Source: a virus
Lineage: Duplodnaviria > Heunggongvirae > Uroviricota > Caudoviricetes
IMG/VR virus record: IMGVR_UViG_2724679058_000003
DNA: 64,000 bases
Reading direction: 5' to 3' (one strand)
Position 1 is the stretch's first letter. The number at the start of each line of letters is the position of its first letter. A model generated the notes under the pieces. That model was given only the letters and a program-made list of their open reading frames with translations. It made no database searches and was not told the origin of the DNA. The translations under genes were made by a program, and so were the position numbers. Shown one piece after another: positions 51,584 to 62,180 of this stretch.

Positions 51584-52163
51584 TGCGTGTGGCATTTTTC
51601 GGCTTGTTACCGTACCCGCCTTGTTTTTGGACTTCTGCGCTAATTGCAAAGCCGCATGTCCTGATGGCTGACAACATCATCCCGGCACCAAAGCGCCGCC
51701 ATACCGGTATTGCGGCTGCACGACGCGAAGCAAAGAAACGCAGGAGAGCAAAACGATGAAAAACCGTAAAGCAAAGATTCTGTTAGTTCGTAGAAACGCT
51801 CCTGGCGTCTGGCAGTGGGTGAGACTCAGCAACCGACGGATGGGGTTGATGAAATATTACGGGATGATGGATTGTGGTTTTGCAAAAGCCCAGCGCGGCG
51901 CAAAACCGCTGGAAAAACCACTTGCGCACTAAAGGAGAGTGATGTGCCGACATTATTCAGAAAAGAATATCCGCGAAAAAGTAGAGCGACAGAATTTCTG
52001 TTTCTCATTCTGTTTATCGTGTTGATGACACCGATATCCCCGCTAATTTTTGTCTGGGTAATCGGGAAAATAATTGAGCCAGTTATTGAATTGTATAACG
52101 ACGTGGTATGGGCGTCGTTCAATACACTGCACAATAAAATTAATCCATATAAGGAAAACTGAA

Positions 52164-52529
52164 ATGGCACTGACGAAAAAACAACGTGCAGAGCTGCGCA
52201 TGAAGTTCGGCGGTCGCTGTGCTTATTGTGGCTGTGAACTTGGCGAAAAGTGGCATGCAGACCATGTAAAACCGGTCATTCGTTTTGCTGGGAATATGCT
52301 TCACCAGGAACGTGACGATATATCCAACCTGGTTCCGGCATGCCACCCATGCAATCTGCACAAGCATTGCAGTAGCCTGGAAGATTATCGGCGAATTATC
52401 AGTGATGGTCGTCGTGAATTCCTTGCGTCCGGGAAAGGCAAAGCGCTGGTTCGTATGGGATTGGTTGAAATGAAATCTGACCCGGTTGTGTTCTGGTTTG
52501 AAAAATATCAAGAAGGGGATACGGCATGA
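52164..52529 (+). CDS. HNH endonuclease
   Basis: 121 aa from ATG 52164; CAYCGC...HADHVKP...CHPCNLHK. Confidence 0.75.
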   Translation: MALTKKQRAELRMKFGGRCAYCGCELGEKWHADHVKPVIRFAGNMLHQERDDISNLVPACHPCNLHKHCSSLEDYRRIISDGRREFLASGKGKALVRMGLVEMKSDPVVFWFEKYQEGDTA

Positions 52530-52912
52530 CCACTATTACCAAAGAGCGACTGCTGACAATCAAGCAGTGGCGCGAAACATACGGACCTGGTAGCAACGTT
52601 GTACTGCCAGCAGAAGAAGCGGAAGAACTGGCACGAATTGCTCTGGCATCGCTGGAAGCAAAACCAATAGGTGCTTTCCACATTGCAGAACAGCAGGTCG
52701 ATGGCACAAGTGACTACATCAAGGATGGGGAATGGCCTATTGATAATGGAATTATTGAGGTCTACGCCGCTCCACCCGTTCCAGTAGTACCGGAAGAAAA
52801 ACCAATGCCTAATCCTCTTAGCATGTACGCGGTTGATGCTGTTGCCGCTATTGCAGAGGTAAGAGGCTGGAACGCCTGCCGTGCCGCTATGCTTGAGGGT
52901 AAAGGAGAGTGA
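52526..52912 (+). CDS. Hypothetical protein, paralogue of the N-terminal half of 53122..54006
   Basis: 128 aa; shares IALASLEA and GWNACRAAML motifs. Confidence 0.55.
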   Translation: MTTITKERLLTIKQWRETYGPGSNVVLPAEEAEELARIALASLEAKPIGAFHIAEQQVDGTSDYIKDGEWPIDNGIIEVYAAPPVPVVPEEKPMPNPLSMYAVDAVAAIAEVRGWNACRAAMLEGKGE

Positions 52913-53111
52913 TATGGACAAAAACACACCTGCTTACTGGAGTTTATCACTTGATACTGAATGCCCAAAATGCGGCCACAATTTCGATCTGCTTTGCGAT
53001 GCTGATTTCTGGGAATTTTCTGGAGCAAAACAGGCATGTGAAGAAATAAAAGGTTACGAAACATGCTGCCCAGAATGTAACCATGAATTTAAAACAGATT
53101 TTGTGTATTGA
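52881..53111 (+). CDS. Small zinc-ribbon protein
   Basis: 76-aa track ORF; CPKCGH ... CCPECNH. Confidence 0.45.
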   Translation: MPLCLRVKESDMDKNTPAYWSLSLDTECPKCGHNFDLLCDADFWEFSGAKQACEEIKGYETCCPECNHEFKTDFVY

Positions 53112-53121
53112 GGCATAACGA

Positions 53122-54006
53122 ATGACCACTTTTACTAAAGAACAATTAATAGAGATAATTAAGCGCAATATAACGGTTATGGATCGTTATCCTGATTTAG
53201 TAACTGCACAAATGGATCTGGAAGTATACAAAATCGCGCTGGCATCACTGGAAGCAGAACCAGTTGCTTATATTTTCAAACATCCGGCCGGGAAATTATT
53301 CTGGGCTTTAACGGATGAAAGCAATAAAGAGCAATCGGACGTTATTCCTGTTTATGCTGACTCACCTGCGCCGGTTGTGCCGGATGAAATAGACGTAAAC
53401 GATGTACCAAGGGCGGTGACATATTTCAAGACACACAGAGATTGTTACGCAGATGGCTGGAACGCCTGCCGCGCCGCCATGCTTCAGTCCGGAAACTTTC
53501 GGGAAAACAAGAATTCGTCAACCAATAATTTTCGGGAAATCGCGGAAACGTCAACCAACTATCCGGTAATTCCTAGTGAGGTGTTGTCCGCAATCCTGAA
53601 GGTTGCCAAGATTCGTGCCGATTTCGATGATTTTGACGGTGACAGGCGAGGTATCGGTGATTGTCTGGATGAGGCTGAGCAAGAGCTTATCGTTACCATT
53701 AACAAATATGCCAGTCAGTTGGCAGCAGAACCGATAGCGACTAATGACGTTCGAGAGCAGACAGCCATTCCGCAAGTTCCGGTAACTCCGGATGGTTGGA
53801 TAAGCTGTAGTGAGCGAATGCCGAATACCAAAACAGCCGTGCTTGTTGCCGTGGAGTTTGACAGGAAAGGTGACTGGCGAATGAAATGGGCTACTTACAT
53901 CCCGGGGCATCCTGACGCTAATGATGGGTGGATAATTCCTGGTGCGTCGTGGAAACCGTCACACTGGATGCCGCTACCAGAACCGCCGCAGGAGGTGAAT
54001 CAATGA
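53122..54006 (+). CDS. DUF551-like protein
   Basis: 294 aa; C-terminal WISCSERMP...GWIIPGASWKPSHWMPLPEPP. Confidence 0.55.
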   Translation: MTTFTKEQLIEIIKRNITVMDRYPDLVTAQMDLEVYKIALASLEAEPVAYIFKHPAGKLFWALTDESNKEQSDVIPVYADSPAPVVPDEIDVNDVPRAVTYFKTHRDCYADGWNACRAAMLQSGNFRENKNSSTNNFREIAETSTNYPVIPSEVLSAILKVAKIRADFDDFDGDRRGIGDCLDEAEQELIVTINKYASQLAAEPIATNDVREQTAIPQVPVTPDGWISCSERMPNTKTAVLVAVEFDRKGDWRMKWATYIPGHPDANDGWIIPGASWKPSHWMPLPEPPQEVNQ

Positions 54007-54070
54007 GCTGGCCTGAAGCATTCACCACGGTAGGAATTGTGATGGCGGCAGCGCTGGGTTTGTATTCAAT

Positions 54071-54322
54071 TTGTCGCTGGTGGTAACGATGGGGAAATTA
54101 ACTTTTGTAGTCGAATTTGAGGATGGTAAAGAGCCACCTGTTAGCGCCAATCTTGATGTTGCTGGTGGCAGGCTTGTTTCGGTTCTATTTGGTGACTACC
54201 GAGATGACTTCTTCCAACCAGAAGAAGTTGATGTAGTGCGAGAGGCATTAAACGAGTTAAGTGTTGACAACGATGATGCTCATGCGGAAATCATCCAAAA
54301 AATGGAACTGCTAACTCACTAA
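54071..54322 (+). CDS. Hypothetical small protein
   Basis: 83-aa ORF. Confidence 0.45.
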   Translation: MSLVVTMGKLTFVVEFEDGKEPPVSANLDVAGGRLVSVLFGDYRDDFFQPEEVDVVREALNELSVDNDDAHAEIIQKMELLTH

Positions 54323-54404
54323 ATTAGAAATTATGGTGCTATCACCTACGACACCGAGAGAAAATTTATAATGTCAAAAGTAAATGTTTTGATTTTTTCA
54401 GCAA

Positions 54405-54794
54405 TTGTTGGCTTTGGTTTTACTGCCGGAGTGCAGATTTATATTACGTGGGAAAAAATCATCAACTACGCATGGAGTTGTTTTATTAAGTGAGGTAAGT
54501 ATGTGGAGAGGTAATAGTCATGGCAAAAGCCAGATGATACTTACCGAATATCAGCTCGACCACAAAACCAATAAATCACGCTCAGTATATTTGCTCCGGC
54601 ACAATAGCCGTGTAAGAAATACCGTGCTGGAACAAAATCTGACAGTTGAAATGGATAATTACGGGGGCTTCAAGCCAACAATTTCGCTTGATGATTTTCC
54701 TCGTGGTTTAAGCGAAAGAGAAGCAATGCTGAAATTAGCAGAATGGCTACAAAGATTAAGCATTGCTATTGAAGATAACTGGTCTGAACCTTAA
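54405..54794 (+). CDS. Hypothetical protein
   Basis: 129-aa ORF. Confidence 0.45.
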   Translation: MLALVLLPECRFILRGKKSSTTHGVVLLSEVSMWRGNSHGKSQMILTEYQLDHKTNKSRSVYLLRHNSRVRNTVLEQNLTVEMDNYGGFKPTISLDDFPRGLSEREAMLKLAEWLQRLSIAIEDNWSEP

Positions 54795-54800
54795 ATTTAT

Positions 54801-55175
54801 ATGATGACACTAAAACATTTTCTTGACCGCCCATTATGGGCGGCAGCCGCAGGCTATGACTTTAATTATATGGATTGCATGTCTTATACTGCCAATGCAT
54901 ACGACCATTCGTTCACCCTGCTGTTTAATTCTTTAAGAATATTGCCGGAAACAGAAGTTGGAGAGCTTCATTTATGGCTATTGGGCTTTATCGCGGCTGT
55001 CGTTGGCATTGCTGTATGGCCTTTTATTTTCTGGCTGGTGGCTGTTGTAGTGTGGTTTAAGTGCAAGACATACCGGAAAAAGTATTTCTTGGGTGACGGA
55101 ATGACTGATATTGCCAAAATGAACATTGAAAAATGGACTAAGGAATGTGAAAAGAAATGGCGCAAAAAGAAATGA
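54801..55175 (+). CDS. Small membrane protein
   Basis: 124 aa with two hydrophobic helices. Confidence 0.45.
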   Translation: MMTLKHFLDRPLWAAAAGYDFNYMDCMSYTANAYDHSFTLLFNSLRILPETEVGELHLWLLGFIAAVVGIAVWPFIFWLVAVVVWFKCKTYRKKYFLGDGMTDIAKMNIEKWTKECEKKWRKKK

Positions 55176-55837
55176 CTACTCTAACGACAGCATACTTACA
55201 GCAATTGGTATTTTTTGCAGGCGAGGCTACTTGTCATCCTGACACAAACTATTTATTGGAATTTGAGAGGTTAGCGTCACCCGGTATCGTTCTGGAACTG
55301 GCCCAACAGGTACTGGCCTTGAGACAAAAAGAGCAACATGAAAGTAATACGTGTAGATTGAATTTTGAGCAGTGGCTGGAACAGCAACGCGGAAAAATCG
55401 ATGTGGACTGTGGTTGTGTGTCCACTGAAACATTCATGCACTGGCTGCGGGTAGCTTACGAGGCTGGCAACTATCCGGATATTCCGGATAGTTCGGTGTC
55501 AGCGCCAGGAAAGGGCGTCACCGGTGGACGTATCCGCATTAAGCCGCATGTTTATCGCGAACTGGTTAACCGTCTCCACGATACAGCGATCAAGTGTGCT
55601 GGCACCCAGCAATTACGAGAAAGAATTAGCCGTGTTTTGGGCGACGTTATTACGCCAGATCATCATAAACAAGCCGAGAAAAGTGGCTTGGAAAGGTGTC
55701 ACCTTGAGGCGGCATTAAACATTAAGCCGGGGCATACGCTTGGCATTATTGATGCACTATTGGTTCATAAGATGGCCAGGGCTTTATTGCCGCTGGTGGC
55801 TGAAAAGCATGAGGCGGACCATGCCAACGAAAGCTGA
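55157..55837 (+). CDS. Hypothetical protein
   Basis: 226-aa ORF. Confidence 0.55.
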   Translation: MAQKEMTTLTTAYLQQLVFFAGEATCHPDTNYLLEFERLASPGIVLELAQQVLALRQKEQHESNTCRLNFEQWLEQQRGKIDVDCGCVSTETFMHWLRVAYEAGNYPDIPDSSVSAPGKGVTGGRIRIKPHVYRELVNRLHDTAIKCAGTQQLRERISRVLGDVITPDHHKQAEKSGLERCHLEAALNIKPGHTLGIIDALLVHKMARALLPLVAEKHEADHANES

Positions 55838-56105
55838 GTTACAGGCGCGCATAGAGATTCTTGAAAAAGAGAATGCGAGTCTAAAAGGAATGCTGGCGCG
55901 GGCGGAAAGGGAATTATCAGGCAAATTATTGCCAGAAGAGCTGCCACCAGCAGATATACCTGATCGAGTGTCCTGGTGGATGAAGTATTTCCGTGCACCG
56001 TGGGAGGCGTTTTGGTGCTACGACCATCGCAGATGGTGTGATGAGCTTGATAGCAGTTTCCCCTATTTTGCGGAAGGGAACTCTTGCCCTGAATGTAGGA
56101 GTTAA
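55821..56105 (+). CDS. Small Cys-motif protein, paralogue 1
   Basis: 94 aa from ATG 55821; ends WCDELDSSFPYFAEGNSCPECRS. Confidence 0.5.
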   Translation: MPTKAELQARIEILEKENASLKGMLARAERELSGKLLPEELPPADIPDRVSWWMKYFRAPWEAFWCYDHRRWCDELDSSFPYFAEGNSCPECRS

Positions 56106-56410
56106 TGATGACCGGCGAGCTTTATTTTAAAATGGCACGGGAGCGGCGTGTGCATCTGGATCGGATATTTCATCTCCAGAAGAGAGTAGAAGAACTGGAA
56201 CGTCGTCTGAACTGTTATCCTGTTGATATGGTGTCTGCAATACCGCCGATTCCAATAGAAATGCAGATCCGCCTATGGATGGAAGAATATGGAATGCCGT
56301 GGGAGATATTTTTCTGCTTCGACCATAAACAGTGGGTAGATGAGCTGGATAATAGTTTCCCATATTTCACAGAGAACACATGCCCAGTATGCAGGAAGAA
56401 CGGAATATGA
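56105..56410 (+). CDS. Small Cys-motif protein, paralogue 2
   Basis: 101 aa; ends WVDELDNSFPYFTENTCPVCRKNGI. Confidence 0.5.
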   Translation: MMTGELYFKMARERRVHLDRIFHLQKRVEELERRLNCYPVDMVSAIPPIPIEMQIRLWMEEYGMPWEIFFCFDHKQWVDELDNSFPYFTENTCPVCRKNGI

Positions 56411-56931
56411 CAAAATTTGGAAAGCTGGAAGCTCATTTGCTAACTCGTAACTACCGCCATGATATACACCCATATAGACAGTGGATCGATGAAAGCGAAG
56501 GAGTAGTTACATTCCCTCTATACAGGTTTGATGGGATGTTGGCTGGGTATCAGACATATAGACCAGGTGCTCCTAAGCAGCATAGCAATCCGAAGATGGC
56601 CCGGTATTTCACGCGATCACACGGCAGACAGTTACTTTGGGGAACCTATCTTCCTTTAAAAGATGGCCCAATATGGATAACTGAGTCTATTTTTAAGAGC
56701 GCAGCTGTACACAATGCGGGCGGCAATTCGTGGGCGCTGTTAGGTTCGACTTTCTCCGCAGGATTACGCCGTCAACTTGCGATGCTGCCGTATGACTTTC
56801 GTGTAATAGGTGACAATGATGCGGCTGGTAAATTACTTGTGAAGTCTTTCGGAAAAGGTTTTGTGGCCCCGGATCTTGACGAGCTACAACCACATGAAGT
56901 GTCTCATTTGATTTTTAGCCATAGCAAATAA
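56380..56931 (+). CDS. Hypothetical protein
   Basis: 183-aa ORF. Confidence 0.5.
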   Translation: MPSMQEERNMTKFGKLEAHLLTRNYRHDIHPYRQWIDESEGVVTFPLYRFDGMLAGYQTYRPGAPKQHSNPKMARYFTRSHGRQLLWGTYLPLKDGPIWITESIFKSAAVHNAGGNSWALLGSTFSAGLRRQLAMLPYDFRVIGDNDAAGKLLVKSFGKGFVAPDLDELQPHEVSHLIFSHSK

Positions 56932-56991
56932 GCATCTCTCCCCTTTGAGGCCACAATTAGTGGCCTTAAACAATGTGTTTTCTACCTCGAT

Positions 56992-57573
56992 TTAGCCTCT
57001 ATTATCGTTTTGCATTTCTCTAATCCGGTTCAGAACTACTTCATGCTGGGCTTGGATAGCGGCTTTTTCGTTTTCAAGTCGGGCAATAGACATCTCTAAT
57101 TCTTTGCTGTACCAGGCGAGTTGGGCCAGGTTCATCCGGTTGTGGTCGAGAGTTGGAGACACGTCGACGCGCTCCCTTTCTTCCTGCTTTAATGAGAAGA
57201 GATTCATCTCATCCCTTGAGGAAAATTCAGCAACAATTTCTTGTTGATGATCCGGTCGCTGCGGCATCCTCGCCAGTATAAATGGCGGTTCTTTTGAAAA
57301 CATGAATGTCGGCTGTGACCGTGTTTTCACCCATCTAGCCTGCTGCCCTTCGGCAAGTTCACAGGCTTCATCATAGTTATTTGCCAAACCAAGCACGGAT
57401 GGACGGTCCCACGCGCCACCATTCAGACAATAAACAACAATTTTCCCGTCAGGTTGTGTAACCCCATAGGGATGGTCCCACCAGACGTCCAGCTGAGCTT
57501 TAGAGCGTTTCTCGTTAGGAGTGCAGTCAAAATTTTTGGGCAATACAGGATCGAGAGGAATGCGGGCAGGCAT
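56992..57573 (-). CDS. Hypothetical protein
   Basis: 193-aa ORF, the only minus-strand gene in this block. Confidence 0.55.
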   Translation of the reverse strand: MPARIPLDPVLPKNFDCTPNEKRSKAQLDVWWDHPYGVTQPDGKIVVYCLNGGAWDRPSVLGLANNYDEACELAEGQQARWVKTRSQPTFMFSKEPPFILARMPQRPDHQQEIVAEFSSRDEMNLFSLKQEERERVDVSPTLDHNRMNLAQLAWYSKELEMSIARLENEKAAIQAQHEVVLNRIREMQNDNRG

Positions 57574-57747
57574 AGCTAATTCCTTATTAACTGATTGGCA
57601 ACGAGGTTACGCTGATCCGTTGGTGATGAATAGTAGCAAAGCGCACAAAATCATCAGCGGTGGTTGATGTACGTAACGCGTTTGCACCAAAGGTGTCTCT
57701 TTAATGTATACTGTATAAATGAACAGTATTGTTGAGGTGAAAACGCT

Positions 57748-58137
57748 ATGGGCTTCCCTTCTCCTGCGGCGGATTATGTTGAAAGCCGAATTTCTCTTGA
57801 TCAGCAACTAATCAGGCATCCATCAGCGACCTACTTCATGCGGGCGGCAGACAGCCATCACCGTGAGGGAATATTGCAGGGTGCTTTGCTGGTGGTTGAT
57901 TCCTCGCTTACTCCGGTTGATGGTTCGCTGCTTGTCTGCGCTATGGAGGGTGAATATCGCATAAAGAGATACCGAAAGTATCCGCGCCAGCACCTGGAGG
58001 ATTTAAGCACCGGGAAGAAAGAGGCGTTACCAGTAGATGACGATGGTTACACGGGTAGTAATGCTGTTTTTGGTGTGATCACTCATGTCATCAATGATGC
58101 CCGAAGTGGGGAATTTGATGATTGTCCGGTGATTTAA
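57748..58137 (+). CDS. humD: UmuD'-like protein HumD
   Basis: 129 aa; matches the UmuD/LexA C-terminal domain fold; position upstream of phd-doc. Confidence 0.8.
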   Translation: MGFPSPAADYVESRISLDQQLIRHPSATYFMRAADSHHREGILQGALLVVDSSLTPVDGSLLVCAMEGEYRIKRYRKYPRQHLEDLSTGKKEALPVDDDGYTGSNAVFGVITHVINDARSGEFDDCPVI

Positions 58138-58209
58138 GCTGCAAAGTGCTGGTGCTTTATGCCTGTGAAGTTTATAATTGTGTACACATAACGAGTACAC
58201 GAGGTGTTT

Positions 58210-58431
58210 ATGCAATCCATTAACTTCCGTACCGCGCGCGGCAACCTTTCTGAAGTGCTCAACAATGTTGAAGCCGGGGAAGAGGTTGAAATCACCCGCA
58301 GAGGCCGTGAGCCAGCAGTAATTGTCAGCAAGGCTACTTTCGAAGCCTACAAAAAAGCGGCGCTGGATGCTGAATTTGCATCCCTGTTTGACACCCTGGA
58401 CTCCACCAACAAGGAACTGGTTAACCGATAA
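58210..58431 (+). CDS. phd: Antitoxin Phd
   Basis: 73 aa from ATG 58210 ([39 protein letters not shown]...); matches recalled P1 Phd. Confidence 0.9.
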
Positions 58432-58811
58432 TGAGGCATATATCACCGGAAGAACTGATAGCGCTTCATGATGCGAATATAAGCCGCTACGGCGGCCTGC
58501 CTGGTATGTCAGATCCGGGCAGGGCAGAGGCCATTATCGGGAGAGTCCAGGCCAGAGTTGTGTACGAAGAGATTACCGACCTTTTCGAAGTCTCCGCAAC
58601 CTACCTGGTGGCTACTGCGAGAGGGCATATATTCAATGATGCCAATAAGCGTACCGCGCTAAACAGTGCGCTGCTATTCCTACGCCGTAACGGGGTGCAG
58701 GTATTTGACTCACCTGAACTGGTAGACCTTACCGTAGGGGCTGCAACTGGTGAAATCGCCGTATCTTCAGTCGCAGAAAAGCTACGTGAACTATATGGTT
58801 CCAAGACCTGA
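58431..58811 (+). CDS. doc: Toxin Doc (Fic-fold)
   Basis: 126 aa; [11 protein letters not shown] Fic-like motif; start overlaps the phd stop. Confidence 0.9.
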
Positions 58812-58830
58812 GTAGTGGAGTTACGAAACA

Positions 58831-59106
58831 ATGTCGAAAATTAACTTAAGGACCGAATCTGCGGTGTTCAAGAATCCTACGTTTAACGTACCCAAACAAA
58901 CGCTTGATGAACTTGTGCCGATTGATAGTAGGTTTGTTATTCCTGCGGAACTGGTCGAGAACTGCAAAGAGAAGCAAAAGTCGTTAAAGGAAATATCGCT
59001 TTCTGAACTCCTCTCCCGCAGTGATGTAAGTAAGGAGGAGATTTTAAGGGCGATATCTGCATCTACTGCTACCACGCTACGTAGATTGTATGGTTCCGCG
59101 GAGTAG
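58831..59106 (+). CDS. Hypothetical small protein
   Basis: 91-aa ORF. Confidence 0.45.
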   Translation: MSKINLRTESAVFKNPTFNVPKQTLDELVPIDSRFVIPAELVENCKEKQKSLKEISLSELLSRSDVSKEEILRAISASTATTLRRLYGSAE

Positions 59107-59290
59107 ATTAATGGCACGTAAATACAACAAATTGTCCCGTGAAGCGTTAAAGATGCTTCTTGATGGCGTGAGTCGCCGCAAGGTAAAGCAATACCTGGTT
59201 GGTAAGCAAATTGGAGCCAGGACTGCTATTGCTGTGTTATGCCGTCAGGAAATGGTTGTGCTTAAACAGAGAATGCCGGGCAGCAGATAA
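59090..59290 (+). CDS. Hypothetical small basic protein
   Basis: 66-aa ORF. Confidence 0.4.
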   Translation: MVPRSRLMARKYNKLSREALKMLLDGVSRRKVKQYLVGKQIGARTAIAVLCRQEMVVLKQRMPGSR

Positions 59291-59317
59291 AGCCCAATCA
59301 GTGATGAAAGGTGTGAT

Positions 59318-60079
59318 GTGAAAGCCGTAATTACTCCCTTTGTACAAAAAGAGCTTGGCGTCGCCACATTCAAAGTGGATCAGGAAGTCAGAAAGCTGGT
59401 GGAGGCTGGCCGTAAATTTATTATGGAGCCGGTGCCGCGTGAGTTAATCGAGCACATGGACGACGGCCTCGTTGTTTCCGAGCAAACTATGGCAACAAAT
59501 GAGGCGTTGCAGCCGTTTTTTAACAGCGATGAACTGTTTCGCCGTATTGGTGGAATTGACGCGCTGGTGGCGTGGTTGCGCAGGAAAGAGGGGCAATGCC
59601 AGGCCGCAGATCGTAGCTGGTGTGACAACCATATTGTCCACGCAGAACGAGACAATAGCGCGGTGTTGTTGTGCTGGCATCACGATAACCATTACAGGAT
59701 GCGTGGTTTTAATGAGCTGAAAGAAACGCTGCATAATAATCGCGTTAACTGGATACTGGATGTCGCCCGTCAGGAAATGGGGCTTTCAGATGGCCATGAT
59801 TTAAGTATTCAGGAACTGTGCTGGTGGGCTTTCATGCGCGACATGATGCACCTTATGCCGGAAGAAGTCTGCCGTATATCAATAAATAAGATTAAGGCAG
59901 CAACGCAGGATAGCGGACCTCTGAAAGAGGCGGATATTCGCCCGTATGACGATCGCGCTACAGCATATGTTCAGATGATGGAAGAACGCGCCGCGCCGAT
60001 GCGAGCAAAAGTATGCCCTGTGGATGTTGACTCCGACCTGGCATGGCGCATTTCAAAATACCAAAACTGCAATCGCTAA
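59318..60079 (+). CDS. Hypothetical protein
   Basis: 253-aa ORF. Confidence 0.55.
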   Translation: MKAVITPFVQKELGVATFKVDQEVRKLVEAGRKFIMEPVPRELIEHMDDGLVVSEQTMATNEALQPFFNSDELFRRIGGIDALVAWLRRKEGQCQAADRSWCDNHIVHAERDNSAVLLCWHHDNHYRMRGFNELKETLHNNRVNWILDVARQEMGLSDGHDLSIQELCWWAFMRDMMHLMPEEVCRISINKIKAATQDSGPLKEADIRPYDDRATAYVQMMEERAAPMRAKVCPVDVDSDLAWRISKYQNCNR

Positions 60080-60360
60080 AATTACCTGAGTACATGGACT
60101 TTGTTGCTTCCCGTCCATGCTGTGGGTGTGGAGCTGCGGGAGCTGGCGCTCACATTACGCCTTATATCGTTCGTCATAGTCGATTATGCGCGCATGACAT
60201 TTATGCGATTCCTCTGTGCCAGTCATGCCAGCGTGATATTGAGCGTGACCGCGATAATTGGGAGAAAACACACGGCAGGCTGGCGATGCATCAACGATTG
60301 TTCTTTGATTACGCGCTTGGAGTCGGCGCTATCACAAGTCATTCGTCGAGCGTTAGATAA
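60043..60360 (+). CDS. Hypothetical Cys-rich protein
   Basis: 105-aa ORF. Confidence 0.4.
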   Translation: MAHFKIPKLQSLKLPEYMDFVASRPCCGCGAAGAGAHITPYIVRHSRLCAHDIYAIPLCQSCQRDIERDRDNWEKTHGRLAMHQRLFFDYALGVGAITSHSSSVR

Positions 60361-60361
60361 A

Positions 60362-60378
60362 ATTGCTCTAATGTGTTG
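60362..60378 (+). promoter_or_regulatory. C1-operator-like site overlapping the lpa promoter
   Basis: ATTGCTCTAATGTGTTG, 13/17; then TTGCTA, 17 bp, TATTAT. Confidence 0.5.
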
Positions 60379-60448
60379 CTATTTCTTTAATCGAGGGTAT
60401 TATATTCCACGTTGATTAGTTGACATGGGCTAATCAGTAGGTGACAGG

Positions 60449-60901
60449 ATGTTACTTAACTGGCAGGGACGCCACTTCATGGAAATAAATCACTCACGAA
60501 TAACATCGTATGAGATTGCGGATTACATGATCCGCACTAAATCTCTTCTATCAGCGAAAGAACTCGCAGCAATCCTTGAAAAGGAATACCCGCATCTGGA
60601 TGTCGATAAGCGCGACGTTTATCTGCGCTTAAAGGCTATCGCTGTGTCTAAGTATTCGTCTGTTTTGATTGATGACAGTACACGCCCACGTAGATTTCAG
60701 ATCCACTCTCTGAACCCTGAATTCTTTCGCCGCAGCCGCGCACCGCGCCGGTTTGATGAAAAACTCCAGAACGAACTCTATATGACGCAGGACGAAAAGG
60801 AACGCCGGGAGCACCAGCCTTGGGTAATGGCGCGTCAACTTTTCAATAAGGTGGCCCGTCAGCACCGTAATTACGGTAATGCCACATCCGCACGTATCTG
60901 A
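60449..60901 (+). CDS. lpa: Late promoter activator Lpa-like protein
   Basis: 150-aa ORF immediately upstream of pacA behind an operator-controlled promoter; assignment by size and synteny. Confidence 0.5.
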   Translation: MLLNWQGRHFMEINHSRITSYEIADYMIRTKSLLSAKELAAILEKEYPHLDVDKRDVYLRLKAIAVSKYSSVLIDDSTRPRRFQIHSLNPEFFRRSRAPRRFDEKLQNELYMTQDEKERREHQPWVMARQLFNKVARQHRNYGNATSARI

Positions 60902-60986
60902 TTGATTGCTTGCCCGTTCCGGGCCTTTTGACATGTGACTTTCGTTACCCTCGCGTCAAAAAGAGTTTTTACGAAAGGAAGCATAA

Positions 60987-62180
60987 GTGACCTGGGACGA
61001 TCACAAGAAGAATTTTGCTCGCCTGGCGCGAGATGGTGGTTACACCATCGCACAGTATGCCGCCGAGTTTAATCTTAACCCTAATACCGCACGTCGTTAT
61101 CTCCGTGCCTTCAAAGAAGACACCAGGACAGCGGACAGCCGCAAGCCAAATAAGCCAGTCAGGAAGCCACTAAAAAGCATGATCATTGATCACTCTAATG
61201 ATCAACATTCAGGTGATCACATTGCGGCGGAAATAGCGGAAAAACAAAGAGTTAATGCCGTTGTCAGTGCCGCAGTAGAGAATGCGAAGCGCCAAAATAA
61301 GCGCATAAATGATCGTTCAGATGATCATGACGTGATCACCCGCGCCCACCGGACCTTACGTGATCGCCTGGAACGCGACACCCTGGATGATGATGGTGAA
61401 CGCTTTGAATTCGAAGCTGGCGATTACCTGATAGATAACGTTGAAGCGCGGAAGGCCGCGCGCGCTATGTTGCGTCGGTCCGGGGCCGATGTTCTGGAAA
61501 CCACTCTTCTTGAAAAGTCTCTTTCTCATCTCCTTATGCTGGAGAACGCCAGGGATACGTGTATTCGCTTGGTGCAGGAAATGCGCGATCAGCAAAAAGC
61601 CGATGATGAAGGTACTCCGCCTGAATACCGTATCGCGAGCATGCTAAACAGCTGTTCCGCGCAGATAAGCAGCCTGATCAACACCATTTACAGCATCCGG
61701 AATAACTATCGAAAAGAAAGCCGGGAGGCGGAAAAGCACGCTTTATCTATGGGGCAAGCTGGCATTGTTAAGCTGGCATACGAACGAAAGCGTGAAAATA
61801 ACTGGTCAGTGCTGGAAGCGGCTGAATTCATCGAGGCGCATGGAGGGAAAGTGCCGCCCCTGATGCTGGAACAAATCAAAGCCGATCTGCGTGCTCCTAA
61901 GACAAATACCGATGATGAGGAAAGGCAAACTGCCGTCGGTGGCCCTTCTCTTGAAGATCTGGACAAAGTTGCGCGAGAACGGGCCGCCAACCGCCGCGCC
62001 GATGCTGCATTGTGGATTGAGCAACGTAGGGAAGAAATCGCCGATATCGTTGATACAGGCGGTTATGGAGATGTTGATACTGAAGGTGTATCAAACGAAC
62101 CATGGCTGGAACAAGACCTGGACGAAGACGAGGAGGAAGACGAAGAAGTTACCCGCAAGCTATACGGGGATGATGATTAA
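60987..62180 (+). CDS. pacA: Terminase small subunit PacA
   Basis: 397 aa, acidic C-terminus; contains the pac hexamer cluster. Confidence 0.85.
   Translation: MTWDDHKKNFARLARDGGYTIAQYAAEFNLNPNTARRYLRAFKEDTRTADSRKPNKPVRKPLKSMIIDHSNDQHSGDHIAAEIAEKQRVNAVVSAAVENAKRQNKRINDRSDDHDVITRAHRTLRDRLERDTLDDDGERFEFEAGDYLIDNVEARKAARAMLRRSGADVLETTLLEKSLSHLLMLENARDTCIRLVQEMRDQQKADDEGTPPEYRIASMLNSCSAQISSLINTIYSIRNNYRKESREAEKHALSMGQAGIVKLAYERKRENNWSVLEAAEFIEAHGGKVPPLMLEQIKADLRAPKTNTDDEERQTAVGGPSLEDLDKVARERAANRRADAALWIEQRREEIADIVDTGGYGDVDTEGVSNEPWLEQDLDEDEEEDEEVTRKLYGDDD
61180..61340. promoter_or_regulatory. pac packaging site
   Basis: Four GATC-containing hexamers at 61181-61218 and three at 61311-61337 separated by ~90 bp. 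Confidence 0.75.
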
